From Epiperipatus broadwayi (Eukaryota > Animalia > Onychophora), in NCBI GenBank assembly GCA_028023455.1, contig JAQFVV010000006.1:16678001-16742000 (forward strand): DNA of 64,000 bases. Reading direction: 5' to 3'. Positions 1-11,443 of the stretch are shown here, one piece after another (the first letter of the stretch is position 1; each line of letters starts with the position of its first letter). Both the position numbers and the translations under genes were made by a program. The notes under the pieces were generated by a model. That model was not told the origin of the DNA. It did not search any database and saw only the letters and a program-made list of their open reading frames with translations.

Positions 1-280
1 TTTATTAGCATTTTTGTTGAAAATCGTGACACACTTTGCAGTCACTTGTTCAATAAAACTCCATTTTGGGGGGAAAATTTTCAGATCAGGTCTCCATTTT
101 CCGTGTTAAAAGTAAACGTCAAATTGGTTGTTTGAACATGATCAATTCCTGTTATTTATTACAGAGTAAGAAGCGTATGTATATATTTTGTGTTTTTGTA
201 AATAAAATTTAAAAAAATTATAATTTAGTGATTGTTTTGTGCGTATATAAAGTAACATTTGGAAGTTGTGTAATGGCTGA

Positions 281-606
281 GAAACGTACTTTTTAAGAAA
301 ACAAATTTTTGGTTTAAAATGTTTTTAAATATCCATTTCTTTCTCAAAATCATATACATGTTTATTTATTTTTATTATAGTTTTAGTTGTGTGTGAAAAT
401 GTAATTTTTAGTCCTGCAACATGTACCGATCTGCATAATGGCATCTTTTATTTTACATATTTTTGGGGAAAAATGTACTTTTTAAGATAATAAATTTTTG
501 TTTAAAGTGTTGTTTTTAAGTATCCATTTCTTCCTCAAAATCATATATATCTTTATTTATTTTATTATAGTTTTCTTGTGTGTGAAAATGTTATTTTTAG
601 TCCTGT
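281..606. repeat. Imperfect tandem duplication (about 140 bp units at ~281-420 and ~471-606)
   Basis: Both units share gtacttttaag...tatccatttc...tcaaaatcatata...tttatttattttttattatagtttt...gtgtgaaaatg.atttttagtcctg.aac. Confidence 0.8.
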
Positions 607-829
607 AACACCTTTTCACTTTCATATCAACCAGCCGATAACTTTGTAAATTTTGTGAAAATATCATATACAAGATCCATGTATACATTAATTTTTTGCA
701 AATTTTGCAAAAAATATTGTGCACAAGATCCGTGTAGTTATTTTGGTCAGATCACAAGATTACAAAGTTATCAGTGGATTGATATGAATGTGAAAAGGTG
801 TGGTAGGTCTAATACCATGTTGCAGGACT
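410..829. repeat. Fold-back, MITE-like repeat
   Basis: Inner inverted arms at 608-649 (acaccttttcactttcatatcaa...gataactttgtaa) and 760-801; outer inverted match gtcctgcaacatg (~411-423) with catgttgcaggac (~816-828). Confidence 0.55.
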
Positions 830-1019
830 AATACTCAAGTACTCATAGAACTAGAAATATATGTCAACCCAAGAAATTTTGCAAAAAATTATGACGATTT
901 TATATAATGCGTTAATTTAAAATCCTACATATATGTTTGGTGCCATTTTTTTCTAATTTATCCAACTTTAGGAATTTCAAAAACGAGAAGTGTTAGAAAT
1001 AAATATTTTTCCATAAGCG

Positions 1020-1100
1020 TCACTGAAAGAGTGGATCAAGCGGAGCGAGCCCTGAAGGATTGGGCTGCAAAGGCAACATTGGGGGTGGCGGAACCCCAAT
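1020..1100 (+). mobile_element. Possible Helitron/Helentron-like 3' end (GC-rich block ending in a short hairpin)
   Basis: GC-rich island agcggagcgagcc... ends in the hairpin GGGGT-GGCGGA-ACCCC followed by AATAG. This resembles rolling-circle element termini, but there is no coding evidence. Confidence 0.3.
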
Positions 1101-3540
1101 AGATTAATTATACAATAAAAATTAAAGAATGTCAAAGTTTTTTGTTACTAATTTTAAATTTATTAGAACATTATAAATGTTGATGTATTAGTTTTAATTA
1201 AAGTAAGAGTATTTTTAATGACTTAAAATTATTCTATATAGAATTTGCAATACAATGACTAATATATAAGATTGCTTACTAGTCATTATTGATGTTTTTT
1301 TTTGTTATAAAAACCTGCTCTTCCATTATTCCAGCAGATTTTCAGTTCTAGGTAGAAGATATTCATTTAGAAAACTCTTTATTTCAAGAAAATAAATATT
1401 AGATTCTGTATTAATTTAATTTCAAGTATTTATGTAATTTTTTTTATTGACAAAGATGGAAACCAAAAATCAACTGAATTTGATTACTTTATACATATGT
1501 GCACATTTGTATATATATATATTGTAGGATACCTTGAGGGAACCTCTCAAATATGACTAAACAAGTGCAAATTTCAGTCACATCTAAAGTAGATAATAAT
1601 GAAGATGATTGAACCTAATAATGTCCCCAAAATCAACACCAGTATTTTGAAATAGTTTTTACCACTCAGCAATAATTTAATTTAAATTAAAAAAAAACCC
1701 ACTCATTTTTATTCTTTTACTAGAACACCCTGCTGAATGAACCAATTTCAGATACCATAAACGTATCCCACAATTCACAGAATATTTTTGCATTTTGCTC
1801 AGTGGGTTAACATTCTCCCTAATTAAAACATATATTTTTCTCTTAACTGATGGATGCTGAAATGATATGAAAGCTGACAACTTGAATTTTTAAAACTAAT
1901 AATCATTTATTCAACAATTAAATTAACTCTCATATATATATGTAATGATATTGTTATTCGATGTCTGTATTCCTTCAAAGTTATATACGTAATCTTGTAA
2001 TTGAATATTAATACAGTAACCAAATATATATAATATGTAAAATACAAATATATAATATGTAAAGTACAATTTTAAAAAAAGTTTTATCCACTTAGGGGTA
2101 GTATGTACTCTCGACTATCCTTATAGTCTTTGTCAACTAACACTTTCAAAAGCTAACCTTCCCACAATTCAGTGATCTTTATATTTTCCGCCTGCCTGTT
2201 TATTAGGTCTTGCTTATATTTATATATTAACATAGCTTCCTTTATTTTTCTTTTATTATTGTTTCTTTCAATTTACAATATTTTTAAATTATTATAATTC
2301 AAATTAAAAATATACATACATACATAATCTATATGTGTATACATACACACACACACAAACTTCAAAATGCATTCATACAGCTAAACATATAAAAAATAAA
2401 TGGTTAACAATAGCTTAACAACTAATACATATAAAATACATTCCAATAAAGAAATCAGATTGTATTGACTTAAGGCCCTTTCAATATATTATTATTATTA
2501 TTATTATTATTTTTTTTTTAAGTTTCAAAAAGAATATTCTTACCATGGTCTTTTTTTTTTTTTAGTACTTCCATTACTAATCAGAATGACATGAAAATTG
2601 TGTTTTTCTATCAACTGGTTTCTCTTTAAATGTTCCATTTTTAAGATAAAATAGAGGCATATATTTTCTATCAGGGTTTTTTTTAGTTAATCATGGATTA
2701 GGCATTGAAGTTGGAGCTCAGAAAGCTGTACTGTGAGTCAATACACTTTAATAATTAACATTGCATATTCTCTGACAGTATCAACAAATGATAATTGGAT
2801 TACATATTTCTAGCAAGGATGATTATTGCTTTATAAACCACAGAAAAAAAAAAAGATTTTTTTAGCCATACCATGTTAAGAGTTCACAAAAGCTAAAAAG
2901 TTAAACTCTCCAGTCAGATAAAAATCAGTGTGACTTCTTTCTTTTTTTCTTTCTTATTAATTCTTTTCCCTTTTTTGAAAATTAAAATATACAATAGATC
3001 AGTAATTCAAAACAAGATAAATGAGAGACTTTTTATCTTTTAATTACTGTTTGTAGATTCATTTTTGTTATCAGTAAATCTGATTAAATTATTTTTTTTT
3101 CAAACAAAAAAAAAATAATTATTTCAATCTTTTTTTAAATTTAAGCCATTTTACATGGATTTGTTATTTATTAAAATTCATTTAAATAAATATTTTATTT
3201 ATCCATGTAAGATGCTTATATATATATATCGCATATATACTCACATACATGCACATTCAAAATATTATTTTAAATTTAAAAGAACTTTAAATAACCTTTG
3301 ACAATTGAGTACATGCTTGCTATACTAGGTAACCACTATAATATATTGCAAGCAAAAAAAAATATTACATGGTTAATATCTTTGACAAACTTATTAAAAT
3401 ATAATTAATATAGTATGATAAACTTTATTTTTCTATATATCAAAATAATTAATTTTAATATAAAATGAAAATGTAATTATTAAAATTTTAATCAGAAAAG
3501 AACCACATCCTATACACATGCAGTGTAATTCTTTAATACT

Positions 3541-3830
3541 CAATAATGATTTGTTGAGTACAAAGAATATTCTTAAACAAGCACAAAATAGAGACTTTGA
3601 AAAGATAAAAGTGACCATCTTATTTTTGTACCTAAATTCACTCATATAGGCCAATCTAAGTCATTTTGGTATGAGAGTGTGAAGGTCTTACTTTAATCAC
3701 TTACATTTAATAACTATTCTATCTATTAATAATCATAAATCTTACAATTTACTGCCTATTAATGTAATGAAATACTAGAATTTACACAACTAATTAATTT
3801 ATTAATGCAGTATTCATATGTAATTTTAAT
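3541..3830. repeat. Dispersed ~270 bp repeat family E (other copies at ~6287-6430, ~17697-17840 inverted, ~35410-35680)
   Basis: Shared blocks atg.tttgttgagtacaaag.atattct.aaac, ataa.ag.g.cc.tctt, cact.atataggccaatct. Confidence 0.7.
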
Positions 3831-3875
3831 TAGAAGGGAATTACACCCCATACAGTGCTATAATATGGGTGCCGA

Positions 3876-4043
3876 TTTAGAGTGTGCTCACCACCATTTT
3901 GAATTCTAAGGACCACCCAAAACCACTGCTGATACATCCAAGTAATAAATGGCATTGGATAATCCACACAAGGTCACTTGGATATGTTAGCAATGGTTTT
4001 GGGCAATCCTTAAAATTCAAAATGGCAGTGAGCACAGTCTAAA
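3876..4043. repeat. Palindromic MITE-like element (partial inverted copy at ~6160-6262)
   Basis: About 68 bp arms, tttagagtgtgctcac...catccaagt and acttggatatg...gtgagcacagtctaaa, separated by a ~33 bp spacer. Confidence 0.75.
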
Positions 4044-4170
4044 ATACGAATGTTATTACAATAATGATGGCACAAGGCATCGAAGTATGCAGGGAGGGGA
4101 AAGGATATTTTTGCCGATATGAAATATCACCCAAAAAATGCAGAAGTCTGTTCACAATGCAGAAGTCTGA

Positions 4171-4450
4171 TCAAACCAAGCTTATAATTTTGAAAAACTG
4201 AAAGCTTATAAGTTCTAAAATATGAATTATATTACAATATATGCACATAAGTACATGTTTAAATAACGTAAAAATGATCATACCAAGCTTATTATTTCGG
4301 AAAACTGAAAATATAACTTCTAAAATACGAATTATATTATGATATATACCCATAAGCACATGTTGAAATAGTGTAAAATTAATCATATCAACCTTATAAT
4401 TTCAAAAAACTAAAAGCTTATAACTTCTAAAACATGAATTATATTAAAAT
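4171..4450. repeat. Tandem repeat of ~105-107 bp, about 2.6 copies (inverted fragments at ~5890-5945 and ~6020-6090)
   Basis: Units start at 4171, 4278 and 4383 with tca.accaagcttataattt.gaaaaactgaaagcttataa.ttctaaaat.tgaattatatt. Confidence 0.85.
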
Positions 4451-5146
4451 ATCTGTCCATAACTATATGAAATAAAGCATATTAATTTTACAATTAGTTG
4501 GATTTTTTTTTTACCAGCCAGAAACTCTGATGTTAAATGCTTCCTTTGTTCCATGTAATTAGAAAGAAAAAATGGAGGTAAAAAAAAAATAGCACTGTTC
4601 ACATTTGATCTGCTGATGTAGATATTGGATCTATACTTGATCATGTGAGGTTCTTACGGGCTCTTGAAATGGATACAAATCTATATATTTATATAATTTT
4701 CTATTTATTAACATCGAAGTGACTTTTACCATCAATTAATGAACACAGAAACATGTTTAAAAAAATATATACAGATTTTAATAAAAATTTTGTTAATTAT
4801 TTCAAATGTAAAACAGGTAGTGGATTTTAAATAAGATAAACACTAACCTTTTCACTGTTGGTAGGTAGCGTTAACATCTTTGAGAAATTTAATGATTATA
4901 TCTCTCATTTAGATTCTTTTTATTCATCCACCAACACATAACAAAATATGTGAAATTAAGCACACAACATTACTCACTTTGGTAAAAAAGAATCTGATTT
5001 ATTAATTGTAAAATTAATATTCTTTACTTCAAACAATTATTCTTTCAACTAATGTTAAGATAAAATGTGATTTATTATTAATTGTAACATCAATGTGCTT
5101 CAACAGTTGTTTCTAGGTTTAGCCAATATTTATGTTATTTTAATAT

Positions 5147-5837
5147 TGTTTATAAACTTCTCATCAATTATATAATATCAATACTTATGCGCTTTATAAT
5201 GCTAAAATAAAGAAGTTATATGTTATTAAATTTATTTAAAGCTTAGCGCTTTCAAAGCTCTATGGCTTCATAATCATAGCTGTACAAAATAAAAATAAAA
5301 CGGTTGATAGTGATGAGGGGGAGTATTCAAATTTATGTTAATTAGATGTTTCAGTATACTATTTAAAATATCGTATGACTTAGTTTGTCCATCTTTTGGA
5401 AATGGCAAAACAGGTGTCCTTTCTATTAATTGATTGGTTGTCATTATTTATGAAATATGCCTCCTTTATTTCGAGCCTATGGTCATTACTCTCTTTACAC
5501 ACTATTCTGGGATTGGTGGGTTCAAATCTGTGTCCAGTAGCTTTTTCATGTTCCACGAATGCTGATGTAGACTCCTTGTTGTTCAGTGCCCTTTTATACA
5601 TATATATGTGCTGGGATGCTCTCTTTGTAATGGATAGCTTTTGTTTCCCCATAATATGAAGCTCTGCATCCAGCCTGAGGGCATTGTTTCTGGTACACCA
5701 CTTGAGATGTTAGTTTGGGATCAAGTTTATCATTTGAATTGTTATTAGTCTATTAGTGTTGGCTGAAGTGCAGAAACCAATAATAAATTCTTTTGATAAT
5801 GTTTTAGTTAGCTGTTTGGAAATATTGGGCATATAAG
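5147..5837 (-). mobile_element. 5'-truncated Penelope-like element, family D: GIY-YIG endonuclease remnant, 3' region with HHR, and TSD
   Basis: Frameshifted translation gives YMPNISKQL, then NDKLDPKLTSQVVYQKQCPQAGCRASYYGET (VVY/YYG = GIY-YIG motif), then SAFVEHEKATGHRF...RLEIKEAYFI...INRKD...ISKRW, typical of a PLE endonuclease C-terminus. Flanking direct repeat atgttattttaatat at 5132-5146 and 5843-5857 (19/20 if extended). Confidence 0.85.
5240..5281 (-). ncRNA. Degenerate minimal type I hammerhead ribozyme (family D)
   Basis: Minus strand reads AGCT-ATGATTA-T-GAAGC-cataga-GCTTT-GAAA-GCGCTA-AGCT: helix I AGCT/AGCT, 5 bp helix II, palindromic helix III AGCGCT, CUA triplet. The core differs from CTGATGA at 2 positions. 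It lies in sense orientation 3' of the GIY-YIG ORF. Confidence 0.6.
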
Positions 5838-7617
5838 TATTGATGTTATTTTAATATGTGGTTATAGACCTACATTTTAATAAAATTTATATCTTGGAAG
5901 CTTTTAGTATTTCGAAATTATAAGCTTGGTTTGATCAATTTTACATTTATTGAATATGTGGTTTTTAAATTAATATAGGCACCCATTATTTTTTTTTCCT
6001 TTACTTTTTCTGAGTAAATTTTTTTAAATTCGTATTTTAGAAATTATAAGCTTTGTTCTTCCCATTTTTATATTTGATCAAGCATAGTTGTACAAAATTT
6101 GCGCTTTAATTTTTTAATCACTGATGTAAATTGTGATTTTGTAACAAATGGTCACATCATGACTACATGTGGTTTATTCGATGCCATTTATTACTTGGTT
6201 GTGTCAATAATGGTTTTGGACAGTCCTTAGAATTCAAAATGGTTGTGAGCATACCCTAAATCTGTATCATAATGTTGTTTTAATACATCAATGATGTTTT
6301 GTTGAGTACAAAGGATATTCTCAAACCAAAGCACAAGATAAAGACTGAAAAAATAAGAGCGGCCTTATCTTTACGTCTAGATTCACTTATATAGGCCAAT
6401 CTTAAAGTGTCTTGGAATGAGAGCGCGGATATTGAACTAGTAAATTAAATAGAGAATTATTAAAAATATAAATGCATAAAAGCATTTATCAATTTTAAAT
6501 AATTTCATATACTAATTTTCAGGACTTTTTTTTAAATAATTTTTTTTTAATATTTATAATATAATTTTTATGAAAATATATAAGAAAAACATTTTGAAAA
6601 TAGTTGTTAGAAAGTAAGATGAGTTTGCATACATAATGCACACACAAAATAGACTTTCTTGAACTCTAGCAGAAAATGGATTAGTTAAAAGAGTATGTGT
6701 GGAGGGATGAAAACTGTTGAGAAATATAATCAGAAAACTGTTTATTTATTTTTTGGATTATATAAATATATAATAGTCTATATTAAATTTAATAATTATT
6801 TATTTATAAGTTTCTAAAGGAAAATAACCGGGTACTTTAATTAATAGCCCAGAAAGCCTTAGGAAACAAGGATGCCGAAATAATAGGATTCTACGTACAT
6901 ATACTTTTTTTTTTCACATTAATAAAAAAAAAAAGAGTTAATTTGCAATTGCAGTTTTGTTGAGATAAAAAAAAAAAAAGAATAACATTTATTTGATTCT
7001 GAAAAGCTATTTAGAAAGTCATTTAGAAACATGTTTGAACAATCCGCTGTTCTTTTCAAGTCAACTTGAAAGTGCTAACTTTCTTTGTATTCAAAGGGGG
7101 GGGGGTACACTTTTTTTTTTTTTTTAAGGAAAACAAAAAACCGTCTTGTTATCATTATTCTTGTACTTTTTTTTAAAAGTATAATTTTTATTCAAAATAG
7201 GAATAATTTCCTTTGTTTAAAATTTATATAATACAATCCTTCCTACCATTAATTAATTAGGCTTTTGATCAAGATTTTACTAACAGTAAATGAGTTTGTG
7301 ATTCTGTCTATCTCCGCCAGTGTAAGTCATAATTGTGTGTAAATTTATATTAAAACAGCGCATGTGGGAAGATTGGTCCGAATATATTACAATAAATACT
7401 ATGCTGTATAAAAAGTAAATATTTATTAATGTCTTTAGATTCTGAATTATTATAAGTTTATTGCAAATGGTTAAAAATGAGATAAATTCTATCTCTTCTA
7501 TAATATTTTAATTAATTAACATTGTTTTAAAAAATCAGTCATGTAATAGATACATGTCCTGAATAATGCACGGTAGGCAAAGGTTGGCTTATATATAGAT
7601 AAATTTGAGGCTACGGA

Positions 7618-7731
7618 ACAAGTGATTCACTTACATTAATAATTTTTATTAATCATTCATTAGACCAGAGATTATCCATTAATGAATAATATTTCTGTAC
7701 TGCAGAAATATTTATTAAGCGAGTCACTTGT
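7618..7731. mobile_element. Short MITE-like element
   Basis: Terminal inverted repeats ACAAGTGATTCACTTA and TAAGCGAGTCACTTGT (14/16). Confidence 0.5.
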
Positions 7732-8317
7732 TTTTTTGCACGTCAAGCGCATGTGTGAAGATTGGTTTACTTCTGAATATATTACAATAAATACTTTATG
7801 TATATATTATAAATCCTGTGCTGTATATATATAAAATCAGATAAGCTGATTTACGAGTCCTAGCATTGAATATTCTTGTTCTTAATAACAAACAGTTGTT
7901 GCTTCAAGACAGTAATTGGTAGTAAAGGTTTTTTGAAATATATACATATCACAGGATGATTTGCTAATTTTTTCTTTTAGTATGGTATTTAAATAACAAA
8001 TGTTCACACAAGACTTCGCATTTCTCGAAATTTGTTTATGTACAGATGGTATTGTTTCAGGGCTTGTGAATTGGGAAATGCTTATATTTAATAAGTTTTT
8101 GGGAAGTGATAAGGAGTAGTAGGAGTTTTATCATATATGTTACAATTACTCAATCATTATCATGCAAATTTAGGTCGAATGAAGATCTATTCAACCGAGA
8201 TTTTTTATTATACGTTATTTTAAAGAAAATTTGCATTAACACTTCCAAATTGTTTTTTTTTTTTTTGAGATGCTTCGTTATAAAAAAAATCTCGTCATCA
8301 TATTACTTAGATCTGTT

Positions 8318-8978
8318 AATATAGATTTGAACTCAGACTTTCAAGCCCCTTCACTATCCACACTATCTCATACTACTGATACACATGACCCCACACATGC
8401 AGAAAAGATAAATAATCACATATTTTGTGCTAAACCAGCACTTATCAGTTGGTCCAGATTACTATCTCCCATACTTATATATATATAATCATTACTCAGT
8501 TTATATTAAGATAGCAAATCCTTACACTTTAATAGACAAGCTCTACTCCAACCTCCAACTGTTCAGCCATCCATACCATTGGCAATCTGATGATAGAATT
8601 CCCAAATCCCATGCTGATGCCAATATTGTTGTCATGGGATTTGGGAATTTGATCATCTGATTTTCAATGGTATGGATGACTGAAGAGTTGGAGGTTAGAG
8701 TGGGTTGAAGCCTGTCCATTAAAGTGTAAGATTTGCTATTTTAATATAAACTGAGCTCTGATTATATATATGTATGGGAGATGATAATCTGGACCAACTG
8801 ATGAGTGCTGGTTTAGCATGAAATAAGTACATTGGTGATTATTTCTTTTTCTGCATGTGTGTAGTCATGTGTATCAGTAGTATGAGATAGTATGGATAGT
8901 GAAGGGGCTTGAAAGTCTGAGTTCAAATCTATATTTACAATTAGGCTCCAGGTATCAGAGTGCCTAGTATTTCAAATA
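8318..8978 (+). mobile_element. Fold-back Penelope-like mini-element, family A: ~296 bp inverted arms, 3' tail, 13 bp TSD
   Basis: Arms at 8318-8613 and 8633-8935 with a 19 nt spacer; one-sided tail 8936-8977 (tacaattaggctccagg...tttcaaat); TSD TTAGATCTGTTAA (8307-8319) / TTAGAACTGTTAA (8979-8991); an HHR motif in each arm. Confidence 0.8.
8793..8836 (+). ncRNA. Minimal type I hammerhead ribozyme motif (family A); cleavage-site region mutated in this copy
   Basis: ACCAA-CTGATGA-GTGCT-ggttt-AGCAT-GAAA-TAAGTACA-TTGGT, with a perfect 5 bp helix I and a 5 bp helix II. A more decayed antisense copy lies at 8418-8453. Confidence 0.75.
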
Positions 8979-10619
8979 TTAGAACTGTTAAACAATTTTC
9001 TATTGAAGCTCAAATTGATGAATTCTGAAAGACAACAGTAAAATATTACTCAAGTCACTTATGCATATTTATTTATTAGTGGGGACCAAAAAATAAACAG
9101 AATTTTATAATAAAAAAATGTTATCAATTGAATCACTATATCCGGGTATTTGGCGCCATATTGGATTTTTAAAAAAAAATTATTTGAGACTAATTTTTAC
9201 AATAATTTCAATTTTAATATTAACAATGTTAGAGAAAAAAGTTTTACATTGATAAAAACTAGAATAAGTAAGGAAGCAAATAACGCGAAGACAAGTAGTG
9301 ATTATCATTAAAAAGTGAGGAAGAAAAAAATTTCAGTATCCTAAAAAATTTATTGTTTGTTCATAATTTCTAATATATCATTAACTAAGTTTAAAATTAC
9401 ATCTTCATTGATAATTTCTTTGTATTACTCACATAATTCTCATTCAAACCATTTATAATATTTTTTACCTGAAATAATCCCTAGTTTCAGAACTTGAAAA
9501 GGTAATAGAATAAGAATTTTTCATTTTTATTTTGTACCCCAAAAATTAAAAAATCTCAAGGCATCTATAAGAAAAAGATTCATCCTAATAAAAGATATAA
9601 AATAAATCATTTCCAGAAGATGAATATACATCTGTAATTGTAGCAATTGGCTCCTTTTCTATCCAAAATTAGAAATTGAAGGCTATTGTCTATCAACGAT
9701 AAGATGAATTTCCTCTCTTCATTTTATATTTTTTGTGTACATCAGTGATGTTTATATTTTTTGTGCACACCAGTGATGCCGTCTTGTTATATTTGTTGTC
9801 CCACAGAGAAATAATTTATATGCATTTAGCTCATTTGCTAGCTGTAGACTTGTAATGTAAGATGTGGCAAAACTATTGATTTTGCAACATAAATATTAAG
9901 GCATAGGTAAGAATCTGGATTTGATTCTGTCACCACACCCCCATCATTTTATACCTCTCTTTATTGGTTCTAAGAGTTTTTATATTTTTTCACGATATTA
10001 TGCCTAGTAAATTTCGTGATTGCATTATCAACTGCGTCCTTTCTGCACGTTTGATAGTCATTCTTAAAATTTACACTGCACTGCTCTATAATAGCCTAAT
10101 TATATATATATCATTACTTGTTATACAAACACAGACATGCAAGTACAAACGCAAACATGCTAATACAGATATAGACACACTAATAAATTATTAAACTATT
10201 TGAGAATCATTATGTCTATAAAATAAGGCCTCAAACTTGGAACAGAGCCTCAAAATTACATTATGCATAAATCACTATTTTTCATTACATTTATCAAATA
10301 ATAATAAAAAAATTAAAATAATATTCAAATAATAAAAAAATCCTAAAATTGAATATGTATTCCTAAAATTGAATATGTATATTCCGTTTGTTTTTAGGAT
10401 GAAGACCTTGAAATTGCAAAATCATCACAACAGGTTGAAGCCACTTTACTACTAATTCTGACTGTTTAAAAACTTACAACTCTATCTAATAAATTGAGCA
10501 GAAAAAAAAAGAACTTATTATTAGAAATATTAATAAAAAAATTGAAATTATTGTCTGATTTTAACACACCATAAACCATTATAAAAAGGACATCGAACCA
10601 CAGAGAATGATGGTATTGG

Positions 10620-11443
10620 CACATATGTAGTGCATTTTGTTTTTCCGCAATTTTAAAAAGAAAACAAATTTTAATTTCAAATGAATGAGCGGTAGCCATG
10701 CTCTGTTTTGTGAAATAGTTAATACAATGCATCCATCTAAACATATTTTCACTTTTCGAACTAGTCTGGCAACAAAGTGAAGCCTTTTAACACTTGCATT
10801 GGTTTTTCCCCCACTATTTTTAAGTCAGGAAAAAAAAAAGAGGCATTTTAATTAAAAATTAAAAATTTAATTAAAAATTGTTTCACACTCAAGACTGCTC
10901 ACAGAGGAATTGTGGTGAACTTGCGTTTCGGCACTTTGCCACAAAACAGGACTCCTGCATTTTACCACATTGCACAAATGTTTCAGAACTTGTAGATAAA
11001 ATGTCTGACTGTTAAGAATTGATTTTAGGAGAAACATACCACTTACATCAATGAAAAAAAATATTGGCATTATCTTGACATTGGACTTCATTCGCCACGC
11101 TTTTTTGGACATGGTGAATTCGACAATTTTATTAAATCATTCGTAAACTGTGTTTTCCTCAGAACAGCCTTTTAAATCTGTTTCAAGCATTACAACTGTT
11201 TTTTTGTAAAAGAAAACAATTTCACATTATTCCAACTTTTCAGCCATTACAAAAAATTGACAGGTCACATGAAACGCAATTTACAAGAAAATGTGCTATG
11301 TGGTACCACGAATATGCACAAAAATGTAATTTGGCAGATTGATGCAAAAGAATCTATGCAAGACGTATGTAACAGCAGAAGCACATACGAGAACAGGCGC
11401 ACTTCATGGGACAATTCCAGTTATTTTTGCATTCCCCCTCATA
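10620..11443 (-). mobile_element. Internally deleted, decayed mariner (Tc1/mariner) transposon
   Basis: Translation SKKAWRMKSNVKIMPIFFF.DVSG...FYLQVLKHL...SPVLWQS...VHHN matches the mariner catalytic region. Also present: an N-terminal remnant MAEKLE...VYE*, a C-terminal RWMHCI..YF, and a TIR-like TATGAGGGGGAATGCAAAAATAACTGGAATT at 11413-11443. The second TIR is not clearly found. Confidence 0.8.

Noticed and set aside
2675-2732. GFFLVNHG resemblance to 2-oxoglutarate dioxygenase N-termini
   Set aside because: The following residues do not fit and no other exon of such a gene is visible; no gene name assigned.
4171-4450. Repeat arrays as possible CRISPR
   Set aside because: Units are contiguous tandem copies without unique spacers, the context is eukaryotic, and there are no cas genes.
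5396-5659. 87 aa plus-strand ORF
   Set aside because: It is the antisense shadow of the PLE GIY-YIG remnant.
8680-8722. Second HHR-like motif CTGAAGA-N20-GAA(A/G)CCTGTC in the family A arm
   Set aside because: The intervening GTTGGAGGTT... cannot form helix II, helix I is out of register, and the region appears to be decayed GIY-YIG coding sequence.
8318-8978. Helentron/HINE or MITE interpretation of family A (subterminal inverted repeats plus a 3' hairpin)
   Set aside because: 13-16 bp TSDs, HHR motifs and GIY-YIG remnants fit PLE retrotransposition. Rolling-circle elements do not make such TSDs, and MITE TIRs are symmetrical.
9135-9170. E2F/YY1-like TTGGCGCCATATT promoter motif
   Set aside because: Isolated; cgccatattggattt-like strings are common in repeats and there is no transcript evidence.
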